Shown here: positions 19,003 to 27,770 of the stretch, piece by piece
Position numbering within the stretch: the stretch's first letter is position 1
Layout: the number at the start of each line of letters is the position of its first letter
DNA from: an uncultured Wenzhouxiangella sp.
Lineage (GTDB): Bacteria; Pseudomonadota; Gammaproteobacteria; Xanthomonadales; Wenzhouxiangellaceae
Assembly (NCBI GenBank): GCA_937876395.1
Contig: CALEIM010000127.1
Location: 12,334 to 76,333 of the forward strand
DNA length: 64,000 nucleotides
Reading direction: 5' to 3'
Translations under genes and position numbers: made by a program
The notes under the pieces: generated by a model
Database searches by the model: none
Seen by the model: only the letters and a program-made list of their open reading frames with translations
Told to the model about the DNA's origin: nothing

Positions 19003-19815
19003 CTAAGACTGACAGCCGGGGCAGAAAAAAGTGCTGCGCTGGCCGATGGTTTCGCGCCGGACGAGCGCGCCACAGGCCAGGCAGGACTTCCCTTCGCGGC
19101 CATAGACTTTCAGCGCCTGACCAAAATAGCCGGGTCGGCCGTCGCCGGCGGTGAAATCCTTCAGCGAGGTGCCACCGAGCTCGATCGCATCGGCCAGCGT
19201 TTCCCGGATGCTGTCGGCCAGGCGCCGGTAGCGGGCCAGGCTGATTCGTCCGGCCGCGCGGCGCGGGTCGATGCCTGCCGCATGGAGGGCCTCTGAGGCG
19301 TAGATGTTGCCTACACCAACCACAACGGACGCGCTCATGACAAATGCCTTGACGGCAATGCGGCGGCCACGACTTTGCTGCCACAGCCACTGGCCATCAA
19401 AGTCGTCGTCCAGCGGTTCAGGGCCCAGCCTGGCCAGCCGCGGATGGGCCAGCGGTACATCACCGCCCCACAGCAGGGCACCGAAGCGGCGTGGATCGGT
19501 ATAGCGAATCACGCGCTTATCGTCGAGTCGGACATCGACATGATCATGGCGCCCGGCTGCGGGCGCCGGGCGCCATGCGCGAAAGGAGCCGGACATGCCC
19601 AGGTGCCAAAGCAGCGACCCGGAATCCAGGCGCCAGATCAGCCATTTGGCACGGCGCTCCAGCGCCACGACCGTGGCCCCGGAAAGCTGAATGATCTGCT
19701 CAGGGATAGGCCAGCGCAGCTCAGGCTGGCGGACCTTGATGGCCAGAATCCGGCGGCCTTCGACCAGCGGCGCGAGACCGCGCCGACTGGTTTCGACCTC
19801 AGGCAGTTCAGGCAT
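19003..19815 (-). CDS. mutM: formamidopyrimidine-DNA glycosylase
   Basis: MPELPEVE, HLGMSG, GVGNIYASE, C-terminal zinc finger. Confidence 0.97.
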   Translation of the reverse strand: MPELPEVETSRRGLAPLVEGRRILAIKVRQPELRWPIPEQIIQLSGATVVALERRAKWLIWRLDSGSLLWHLGMSGSFRAWRPAPAAGRHDHVDVRLDDKRVIRYTDPRRFGALLWGGDVPLAHPRLARLGPEPLDDDFDGQWLWQQSRGRRIAVKAFVMSASVVVGVGNIYASEALHAAGIDPRRAAGRISLARYRRLADSIRETLADAIELGGTSLKDFTAGDGRPGYFGQALKVYGREGKSCLACGALVRRETIGQRSTFFCPGCQS

Positions 19816-19845
19816 GGCGGTTTGCGCGGTGCCGGAATGCGGCCA

Positions 19846-22590
19846 CTATTCCCCGCTGCTGCTCAGCTCGGTGCGATAAGCGCCGCCGCCCATTTGTGCC
19901 GGCAGATTGCCGTCGATGCGCAGCATCTGGCGCGGTGACGCGGCCGATACCCACACGCGCATGTCGCCACCTTCGCCGTCCAGCGCTTCCAGGCTGATCG
20001 GCCAGGCCGCGAGGCTGGTCGTGCCCAGCTCAACGTTCTCCTGCTCGGCTACCCGAAGGCTGAAATAGCGCACCCGCTGCTGCACGCCAATTTCGACAAA
20101 GCGCAGTGTGGTGGCGTAGCCGGCCTCCAGTGGCAAGCCAAGCAGAGCCGCCTCCAGCGCGGCGTCGGAGCCGAACACGGGGGCATCAAGTTCGATATTG
20201 ATCGGCACTTCGGCTCCGGCCAGGATGGTGCCGCTGACCCGGGCGGGTTGGTAATCCAGCTCGATGCTGACCGGGCCCTGCGACAGGCTGCGGCTGATTG
20301 GCGCCAGCGAGCGAGCATCGACGACAACGAGATCGCTGGCCGAACCCATTGGTGAGCTCGTCTGGGTGTCGATGATCAGCCGTTCGCCGGCCTCATCTGC
20401 TTCGCGCCGAATGCTGCGCTCGGCTTCCATCGTCATCTCGTTGCCCTGGATTTCCAGGGTCGTGGTGTAGGCGAACTGGCCGTCGGCCACCCGTTCGCCA
20501 TTGACTTCGGGCAGGGCGGCGGTGCGCGCCTGGTCCAGCTCGGCGCTGGGCTCGGTGAGTGTCACGCTGTCGATATCGACGGTCATGGCGGCCAGGCGAG
20601 CTTCGATCTCATCGTCCATCCCGCTCTGGAAACGCCCGCCCAGATGGTCGGCAAGAAAGGCTTCAATGCGGGCAAACATGGCCAGGCGGTTTTCGCGGCC
20701 GCTGAAGCCGTGGCCTTCGTCTTCGGCAACGATGTATTCGACCGGCAGGCCGGCCTCGCGCATGGCCACCACGATCTGGTCGGACTCGGCCTGTTTGACG
20801 CGCGGGTCGTTCGCCCCCTGAATAACCAGCAGCGGCCGCTGGATTTTGTCGACGTGGTTGAGTGGCGACTGGCGTTCCAGCCGAGCGCGTCCTTCCTCCG
20901 TGTCCGGGTCACCCATGCGCAGCGTGAATATCTGGCGGATCGGGCCCCAATAGGCCGGGATTGAGTCGAGCAGTGTGATCAGATTTGATGGACCAACAAT
21001 GTCCACGCCGCAGGCGTATGTTTCGGGCGTGAAGGTCAGACCGGCCAGGGTCGCATAACCGCCGTAGGAGCCGCCCATGATGCATACCCGCTCCGGGTCG
21101 ACCAGGCCCTGATCGATGAGATGCTGGACGCCGTCGGTGATGTCATCCTGCATGGCATCGCCCCACTCCTGGTTGCCCGCGTTGAGAAAGGCTTTGCCGT
21201 AGCCGGTTGAGCCGCGGAAATTGGGCTGCAGCACGGCATAGCCCCGGTTGGCCAGGAACTGCACCTGCGAGCGATAGCCCCAGCCGTCGCGCGCCCAGGG
21301 TCCGCCGTGGATCAGCGCGACCAGAGGCGGTTTCTCGCCCTCGAAACTCCTGGGCAGGCTCAGATAGGCGGGAATTTCGAGCCCGTCGCGGGCCAGGTAG
21401 CGGATCGGCTGCATTTCGACCATGTAATCGATCGGCAGCTCGGGACGCGAGCGGTAGAGCTCGCTGACCGTCATTTCGTCCCAGTTGAACAGGTAGGTGG
21501 TGCCCGGGTCGACGTCGCGCGACAGGTTGACCAGTACCAGAGAGTCATCGGAAGTCTGCGGCGCAAAGCCGATCTCGCCGGTAGGCAGCTGTTCGCGCAG
21601 GAAGTCCAGTGCGGCCTCGACCCGCTCGGTTTTCGGGTAGATGCGCGGGCGATCACCGGAATAGACCGTCGCCAACAGCGCATCGTTGGCCCGCGAGAAC
21701 AGCGCGCCGCCGAAATCGACTTCACCTTCCGGGTCGCGCTCGACCAGCTCAAGCTCGCCGCTGGTCGCATCCATCAGATAGAGGCCGACCAGATCGTTTT
21801 CATCGCCCTTGTTCGATTGAAACCAGACGCGCTGATTGTCGGCGTGAAAGCGCAGCGGTCCGCAGGCTTCCAGCCAGGAACAGTGGTAGATGGAGTCTCC
21901 CAGCTCACCGTCGACCACACGCAGGGTTTCAGTGCCGCCGTCGTCGGTCTGACGCACGGCCAGGGCCACATCACCGGCCATGTCGATGACCCAGCCGGCT
22001 ACGTTCTGGTCGTTGACGATCAGAAGTTCGCGCTCACCGCTGGCAAGCTCGATCCGATAGACATCGTGCAGGGCCGGATCGCGGTCGTTGAGGCCGACCA
22101 GAATGTGGCCGGGCATGGACTTGGGCAGGCTGTAGATCATCGCGCGCACGCCGTCGATGTCGGTCAGATTGCGCGCCGGCGGCACTTCACCGGCCTCGCC
22201 GGCTTCGGGGTCGACGGCCCAGACGTGGTAGTTCTCGTCACCGTCCTTGTCCTGCACGTAGAGCAGAAAATCGCCGTCGTGGCTCCAGAAATAGCCAGGT
22301 ACCGGACGCTCATCATCGCTCAGTGGACGCGCGGCATCGAACGGCTCATCAATGCCCTTGATCCAGATGTTGCGCACGCCCTGATGTGGGCGCATGAAGC
22401 TCAGGTATCGGCCGTCCGGCGATATCTGGGCGCCGGAAATTTCCGGATCGTCGAAAAACATCTGGCGATCCAGCAGCGGGGGCAGATCATCGGAATGGTC
22501 AGGCGCTTCGGTCGGTTCAGCCGCTGCCGCAGCAATGGCCAGCAGCGCGCCCAGGGCGGTCAAGGCCCTGGCAAGGGATTTTGCGTTCAT
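19846..22590 (-). CDS. exported S9 family peptidase with extra C-terminal domain
   Basis: Signal peptide, beta-propeller, IHGGPW, GGSYGG, GANDPRV, DEGHGF; about 230 aa beyond the catalytic domain. Confidence 0.9.
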   Translation of the reverse strand: MNAKSLARALTALGALLAIAAAAAEPTEAPDHSDDLPPLLDRQMFFDDPEISGAQISPDGRYLSFMRPHQGVRNIWIKGIDEPFDAARPLSDDERPVPGYFWSHDGDFLLYVQDKDGDENYHVWAVDPEAGEAGEVPPARNLTDIDGVRAMIYSLPKSMPGHILVGLNDRDPALHDVYRIELASGERELLIVNDQNVAGWVIDMAGDVALAVRQTDDGGTETLRVVDGELGDSIYHCSWLEACGPLRFHADNQRVWFQSNKGDENDLVGLYLMDATSGELELVERDPEGEVDFGGALFSRANDALLATVYSGDRPRIYPKTERVEAALDFLREQLPTGEIGFAPQTSDDSLVLVNLSRDVDPGTTYLFNWDEMTVSELYRSRPELPIDYMVEMQPIRYLARDGLEIPAYLSLPRSFEGEKPPLVALIHGGPWARDGWGYRSQVQFLANRGYAVLQPNFRGSTGYGKAFLNAGNQEWGDAMQDDITDGVQHLIDQGLVDPERVCIMGGSYGGYATLAGLTFTPETYACGVDIVGPSNLITLLDSIPAYWGPIRQIFTLRMGDPDTEEGRARLERQSPLNHVDKIQRPLLVIQGANDPRVKQAESDQIVVAMREAGLPVEYIVAEDEGHGFSGRENRLAMFARIEAFLADHLGGRFQSGMDDEIEARLAAMTVDIDSVTLTEPSAELDQARTAALPEVNGERVADGQFAYTTTLEIQGNEMTMEAERSIRREADEAGERLIIDTQTSSPMGSASDLVVVDARSLAPISRSLSQGPVSIELDYQPARVSGTILAGAEVPINIELDAPVFGSDAALEAALLGLPLEAGYATTLRFVEIGVQQRVRYFSLRVAEQENVELGTTSLAAWPISLEALDGEGGDMRVWVSAASPRQMLRIDGNLPAQMGGGAYRTELSSSGE

Positions 22591-22705
22591 CGAAAGTTTC
22601 CTGGCATGGAGAAAGTAGGGGAAGCCAGCAACCCAAAGCCCAGGCTGCAAGCAGGGCGGCAACAGGGCTGGCGGACGGCCAGCTCCGGCCCGAGCCTTGC
22701 GAGCT

Positions 22706-23146
22706 TCAATCGCGTGGCTCAAAACTTTGGAAATAGGGATTGCCCGCACCTGGCTGGATATGGATAAAACCATAGCCGGTTGCCTGGTGGCAGGCGTTGC
22801 AGGAGCTGATGACGCCCTCCATCCGCGCCTCGATTGCGGATGCATCCTGCTCGTCCAGGGCGCCTTCAAGCGCCTCAAAGGCCGGCACCAGCATGGCGGT
22901 GGTCAGCTCGCCGACCTTGATGTCGTCGTATTCATCAATGTCCTGCGCGTCTTCAATGGCCTCTTCGAGCTCATGGGCATAAAAACCGGCCAGTTCATGG
23001 TTGCCGGCCTGCACCGACAAATACAGCTTGTGGAGAAAAAGCTGCATATCGCCCATGGTGCTGATCATGCTCGGCTGCTCGTCGGCCAGTGCCAGACTGC
23101 TGCTCAGCGCCAGGCAGGCGGCAAGCGAAAAAATACGGAGTTTCAT
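22706..23146 (-). CDS. exported helical c-type cytochrome-like protein
   Basis: CAGGAGG RBS, signal peptide, single CNACH near the C-terminus. Confidence 0.7.
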   Translation of the reverse strand: MKLRIFSLAACLALSSSLALADEQPSMISTMGDMQLFLHKLYLSVQAGNHELAGFYAHELEEAIEDAQDIDEYDDIKVGELTTAMLVPAFEALEGALDEQDASAIEARMEGVISSCNACHQATGYGFIHIQPGAGNPYFQSFEPRD

Positions 23147-23215
23147 GGGTGGCCTCCTGAAGGTCGACGGTAGAGCGTTTCACGATACCACCGCAGCCTG
23201 AGCGAGGCCAATAAC

Positions 23216-23242
23216 AAAAAACCCCGCCGGCGGCGGGGTTTT
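23216..23242 (-). terminator. rho-independent terminator after the cold-shock gene
   Basis: AAAAAACCCCGCCGGCGGCGGGGTTTT hairpin with T-tract on the minus strand. Confidence 0.85.
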
Positions 23243-23269
23243 CTGATCAGACTGATGAAATCGATGCCC

Positions 23270-23479
23270 TTACAGGGTAACGACGTTGGCAGCCTGCGGG
23301 CCCTTCGGGCCATCGGTGACGTCAAAGCCCACCTTGGCACCTTCGGCCAGGCTCTTGAAGCCCGAGCCGGTCAGGGCGCTGAAGTGCACGAACACGTCGG
23401 CACCGCCATTGTCCTGGGAGATGAAGCCGAAGCCCTTCGCGTCATTGAACCATTTCACGGTTCCGGTATTGCTGGACAT
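23270..23479 (-). CDS. cspA: cold-shock protein (CspA family)
   Basis: [33 protein letters not shown]; exact paralog name uncertain. Confidence 0.93.
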   Translation of the reverse strand: MSSNTGTVKWFNDAKGFGFISQDNGGADVFVHFSALTGSGFKSLAEGAKVGFDVTDGPKGPQAANVVTL

Positions 23480-23633
23480 AATAGTCTTTTACCTTTTCAA
23501 TTAAGTAATGTCGGGCACGACCACTACGGCCGGACCCGGTGATGCTGTGAGAACCTGTGATGGCGGAAAATGAGGGGTAGACGGGAAGGAATACTTTCAG
23601 ATTCGACCACTGCTGTGCTCTGCAGCGGCGCGG

Positions 23634-23662
23634 ATTATACAACGACTTGAGGTAAATAGCCA
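23634..23662 (-). promoter_or_regulatory. sigma70 promoter of csp gene giving a ~150-nt 5' UTR
   Basis: Minus strand TGGCTA-17 bp-TATAAT followed by GC-rich discriminator CCGCGCC. Confidence 0.65.
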
Positions 23663-23886
23663 GTTTATTTTGTTTTTTGGTCTTATGCTTTATCTGAACC
23701 GGGCGCAGCCCTTGCATCCTGGGTCGATGGCACCCACCATTCAGGGATGCTGGTGTAATGGACAGCCGGCCGCAGCACACTTTCACCCGACAGCAGCGCC
23801 CGTCTCCATCGCCGTTGATCCGGCTGGAGCCCGTTCGCATGGTCCAGGCTGCCGCAACGATTACCGGCCCGGAGGCCGCCAACAAT

Positions 23887-24150
23887 ATGAAAACCCTGTT
23901 TGTTCGCAATATTCATCCTGAAACGCGCGAAAAGGATCTGCGCGAACTGTTCTCCCGCCACGGCACCGTGCGTGGCCTGAAGTTGCCCATGGATATTTTC
24001 ACCCGGCGCTGCAAGGGCATTGCCATGGTTGATATGGAAGGCCACCACGCGCGTGCTGCCCAGGCCGGCCTGGATGGGGCAATGTTCAACGGTCAGGCCC
24101 TGCAGGTGCGCGAGGAACGCCCACGCGGCAAACGCGGCGGCCGGCGCTAA
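23887..24150 (+). CDS. RRM (RNP-1) RNA-binding protein
   Basis: GGAGG RBS; LFVRNI (RNP2), KGIAMVDM (RNP1), LDG...GQALQV, basic RGG tail. Confidence 0.88.
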   Translation: MKTLFVRNIHPETREKDLRELFSRHGTVRGLKLPMDIFTRRCKGIAMVDMEGHHARAAQAGLDGAMFNGQALQVREERPRGKRGGRR

Positions 24151-24233
24151 AAAGCGCGCGATCCGGTCCGCGCCGATTCAGTATTGATCGGGCCCGGCTG
24201 CGGCGGCTGACATAATCCGGAGGACAGACGAGC

Positions 24234-24668
24234 GTGACCTATCTGCTGGTGGCCGTTGCCGCGCTGATGTTCGGCCTCTACAACGTCCTCATCAAGGTCT
24301 CATCCGGTCACATTCAGGCGGTGCTTGGCGCCGTTGTTCTCCAGTTTGTCGCCGCTTTTATCGGCCTCGCTCTGCTGATCTATCTGTATCTGGCCTCGCC
24401 CACCGAGTTCACGGTGACCAGCCGTGGGCTGGTTCTTGCGGCGCTGGCCGGCGTGGCTATCGGCGTAGTGGAAATCGCCAGTTTTATGGTCTACGGCCGC
24501 GGTTTGGCCGTGGCCGTGGGCAATCCGCTGATTGTTGGCGGATCGCTGGTAGTGACCACCGGTGTGGGCGTCGTGCTCCTGCGCGAGCATCTCAACGGCA
24601 CGCAGCTCATGGCGGTTGCCCTGATCATGCTCGGCATCGCCCTGCTGACCTGGCAGGCGGCGCGCTAG
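24234..24668 (+). CDS. small EamA/DMT-superfamily membrane protein
   Basis: GGAGG RBS, GTG start, about 5 TM segments, LLREHL motif. Confidence 0.75.
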   Translation: MTYLLVAVAALMFGLYNVLIKVSSGHIQAVLGAVVLQFVAAFIGLALLIYLYLASPTEFTVTSRGLVLAALAGVAIGVVEIASFMVYGRGLAVAVGNPLIVGGSLVVTTGVGVVLLREHLNGTQLMAVALIMLGIALLTWQAAR

Positions 24669-24726
24669 TCGCGCGCACGGCGCGAATATTTCAGGCTAGA
24701 ATACGCCTCCAGCACAATCCCCCCGT

Positions 24727-24802
24727 GGGGCCGTAGCTCAGTTGGGAGAGCGCAGCATTCGCATTGCTGAGGTCAGGGGTTCGATTCCCCTCGGCTCCAC
24801 CA
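24727..24802 (+). tRNA. tRNA-Ala (anticodon CGC)
   Basis: 76-nt cloverleaf GGGGCCG...CGGCTCC-A-CCA, G3:U70 pair, anticodon stem CAGCA/TGCTG with loop TTCGCAT, GGTTCGATTC T-loop. Confidence 0.97.
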
Positions 24803-24926
24803 CTCCTCTTCAATCTTTATAGCTCCTTCGGGACAGGGTTCAGTTCATAGCTGGCGCTGCGTCCACCCGCTGTCGATTTCCGCAGCACGCCGCGGGCGAG
24901 TATCCCGTTGCGTCCTCTGAGCCATA

Positions 24927-25691
24927 ATGAATGCCATGCAGGCGGCAGACGGCCAGGTTATTTTGATTACCGGTGCAAGTTCCGGTCTGGGTCGCGGTAT
25001 GGCGCGGGAGTTTGCCGCGCGCGGCTGTCATCTGGCCCTGTGTGCGCGGCGCAGCGAACGCCTTGAAACTCTGCGCGCCGAACTGCTTGATCGCTACCGG
25101 GTGAGGGTGGAAATTCGCAGCCTGGATGTCAACGACCATGGCCAGGTATTTGCCGTGTTTCGCGAGTTCGCCGCCGCGTTTGGCCGGCTGGACCGGGTGA
25201 TAGTCAACGCCGGCATCGGCGATGGGCGGCGCATCGGCAGCGGTCGCTTCGAGCAAAACCGGCGGGTCATGGAAACCAACCTGGTCGCGGCCCTGGCCCA
25301 GTGTGAAGCGGCCGTCGAGCGGTTTCGTGAGCAAAATCACGGCCATCTGGTCTTGATGTCGTCGATAAGTGCTGTGCGGGGTCTGCCCGGCTCGATGACC
25401 AGCTATGCGGCCAGCAAGGCCGGTCTGCGGCATCTGGGCGAAGGCATTCGCGCCGAGCTGATCAACACGCCGATTCGGGTAACCACCCTGCTGCCCGGCT
25501 ATATTCGCACCGAGCTCAACGCGGGCGCAGAGAAACTGCCCTTCGCAGTGGATGAAGTGAGCGGCAGTCGCGCCCTGGTGCGTGCGATTGAACGGGCTCC
25601 GGCCACCGCCTGTGTGCCGGCCTGGCCGTGGCGACCGATTAGCTGGCTGCTCAAACTGCTGCCGCTGAAGCTGATCGCCCGCTTCGCCTGA
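24927..25691 (+). CDS. SDR family oxidoreductase
   Basis: ITGASSGLG, VNAGI, YAASK. Confidence 0.92.
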   Translation: MNAMQAADGQVILITGASSGLGRGMAREFAARGCHLALCARRSERLETLRAELLDRYRVRVEIRSLDVNDHGQVFAVFREFAAAFGRLDRVIVNAGIGDGRRIGSGRFEQNRRVMETNLVAALAQCEAAVERFREQNHGHLVLMSSISAVRGLPGSMTSYAASKAGLRHLGEGIRAELINTPIRVTTLLPGYIRTELNAGAEKLPFAVDEVSGSRALVRAIERAPATACVPAWPWRPISWLLKLLPLKLIARFA

Positions 25692-25695
25692 GCCG

Positions 25696-27261
25696 ATGAG
25701 CGACGGGCCGCTGATCCTCGCCATTGACTGCGGCACGCAAAGCGTACGCGCCCTGCTGTTTGACGCTCGCGGAACGCTGTGCGGGCGGGCAAAAATCGAG
25801 ATGCAGCCTTGGTTTTCACCCGCGCCGGACCGGGCTGAACAGGACCCCGAACTCTACTGGAGCGAACTGGAACGCGCCGTGCGCATGCTGTGGCGCGACG
25901 GCCATGATCCGACCCGTATTGCCGCGCTGACCGTCACTACCCAGCGCCGCACCCAGATTTGTCTGGACGCGGAAGATCGTGTGCTGCGCCCGGCGATCGT
26001 CTGGGCCGATCGCCGCCGCGTGCCCGGCAAGGATTTGCCCGCGCTGCCGCTCCGATGGGCCGTACTGGCCCGGATCAGCGGTCGCGCGCGTGCCTTGGCG
26101 AAATTGCGCGAACACGCCGAATGCAACTGGCTGGCCGTGCACGAGCCCGAAATCTGGAAGCGAACCAAACGTTTCGTTGGCCTGTCAGGCTTTATCAATC
26201 TGCGCCTGACCGGCGAATGGCGCGACGCGATCAGCAGCCAGGTCGGCTATCTGCCGTTTGATTACAGGGCTCGCCGCTGGGCGCGTGAAGGCAACTGGCG
26301 CTGGGCAGCCTTGGCCGTGGGCCGCGATCAGTTGCCAGAGCTGGTGCCGGCCGGACAGCCGCTTGGACAGCTCAACGCCGCATCGGCCCAACATCTGGGT
26401 CTGCAAGCCGGCCTGCCGGTGATCGCCGCCGGGGCCGACAAGGCCTGTGAACTGGTCGGCGCCGGGATCAGCGACCCGCACAGCGCCTGCATCAGTTTCG
26501 GCACCCGTTCAACGGTCAGCGTTCACAGCAAACGTTATTTTGAGGCGCGCTCGCCCATGCCGGCGTTTCCGGCGGCTCGCGAAGGCCATTACATGGTGGA
26601 AGCGGCCGTGCCACGCGGATTCTGGATGGTGAGCTGGTTCAAAGAGCAGTTCGGGCATGATGAACGTGAACGCCGGCGTGCGGCTACAGCGGGCGTCACG
26701 GCCGAGGCCCTGCTCGATAATCTGATCGCCGACATTCCACCCGGTTCGCTGGGCCTGATGCTGCAGCCGTACTGGGGCAGTGATCTGGATGTGGGGCCGG
26801 AGACCAAAGGCTCGATTATCGGTTTTGGCGATATCCATACCCGCGCCCACCTGTACCGGGCCATGCTGGAAGGCATCGTCTTCGAGCTGCGCTGTGGGGC
26901 CGAGCGCATCCAGGGGCGTTCGCACCGGTCGATCAGGTTGCTGCGCGCGGTTGGCGGTGGGGCGCGATCGGAAGCGGTCCTGCAGATTACCGCCGATGTG
27001 TTCAACTGCCCGGTCGAGCGGCCGCACACGGTTGAAGCATCCGGTCTGGGCGCGGCAATGCTGGCTGCTGTCGGCCTGGGCTGGTATCCGGACCTGGATT
27101 CGGCCACCGAGCACATGATCCGGCCCGGCCGTCGTGTCGAACCTGCGCCCGACAGTCACGTCGTGTATGAGCGGCTCTATCGGCGCGTCTACCGCCGGCT
27201 GTATCGGCGCTTGGCGCCACTGTACCGCGAGATTCGCCGGATTACCGGCTATCCGGAATGA
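25696..27261 (+). CDS. FGGY-family carbohydrate kinase
   Basis: LAIDCGTQSVRA, AEQDP, W-x-D-x-R, GADKAC, RAMLEG, GGGARS. Confidence 0.9.
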   Translation: MSDGPLILAIDCGTQSVRALLFDARGTLCGRAKIEMQPWFSPAPDRAEQDPELYWSELERAVRMLWRDGHDPTRIAALTVTTQRRTQICLDAEDRVLRPAIVWADRRRVPGKDLPALPLRWAVLARISGRARALAKLREHAECNWLAVHEPEIWKRTKRFVGLSGFINLRLTGEWRDAISSQVGYLPFDYRARRWAREGNWRWAALAVGRDQLPELVPAGQPLGQLNAASAQHLGLQAGLPVIAAGADKACELVGAGISDPHSACISFGTRSTVSVHSKRYFEARSPMPAFPAAREGHYMVEAAVPRGFWMVSWFKEQFGHDERERRRAATAGVTAEALLDNLIADIPPGSLGLMLQPYWGSDLDVGPETKGSIIGFGDIHTRAHLYRAMLEGIVFELRCGAERIQGRSHRSIRLLRAVGGGARSEAVLQITADVFNCPVERPHTVEASGLGAAMLAAVGLGWYPDLDSATEHMIRPGRRVEPAPDSHVVYERLYRRVYRRLYRRLAPLYREIRRITGYPE

Positions 27262-27290
27262 TGGCGTAACCGGCCCGCTAGACTGTGGGC

Positions 27291-27716
27291 ATGGACTACG
27301 AGTTTTTCGCCAGTCTGCCCGCACCCGGACTGCTTGGCGATGGTGTCATGGTTGTCCATGCCCTGTTTGTGGCTTTTGTTGTTGGTGGACAGATTGCTGT
27401 ACTGCTGGGCTGGTGGCGCGGCTGGCGTTGGGTGCGCCGTCCGGGATTTCGCGTGCCGCACCTGGGCGTGATTGCCTATGTCCTCATCCAGTCCTTGCTT
27501 GGGCGGCCGTGCCCGCTGACGGTCTGGGAGGCCGAGCTGCGACGCGCGGCCGGTCAGGCCCACCATGATCAGGGTTTTATTGTCTATTGGGTCGGCGAAC
27601 TGCTGTTTCTGCACCCGCCCGGCTGGGCTTTTACCCTGGGCTATTCCGTATTCGCGGCCCTGGTAGCGATCAGCTGGGTGCATTTTCCACCGCGTCGCCG
27701 TAAGCACTTGCGGTAG
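27291..27716 (+). CDS. DUF2784 family membrane protein
   Basis: H-x-x-FV-x-FVVGG, HL, CPLTVWE-x-x-LR, GFI. Confidence 0.85.
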   Translation: MDYEFFASLPAPGLLGDGVMVVHALFVAFVVGGQIAVLLGWWRGWRWVRRPGFRVPHLGVIAYVLIQSLLGRPCPLTVWEAELRRAAGQAHHDQGFIVYWVGELLFLHPPGWAFTLGYSVFAALVAISWVHFPPRRRKHLR

Positions 27717-27722
27717 CAGATC

Positions 27723-27767
27723 CCAGACCGCCGGTGACCGGCGGCCTGGCGCGCTGGTTGAAAAAAA
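27723..27767. terminator. GC-rich hairpin between convergent genes, possible terminator
   Basis: CCAGACCGCCGG-TGA-CCGGCGGCCTGG with a nearby A7 run. Confidence 0.45.
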
Positions 27768-27770
27768 GCG

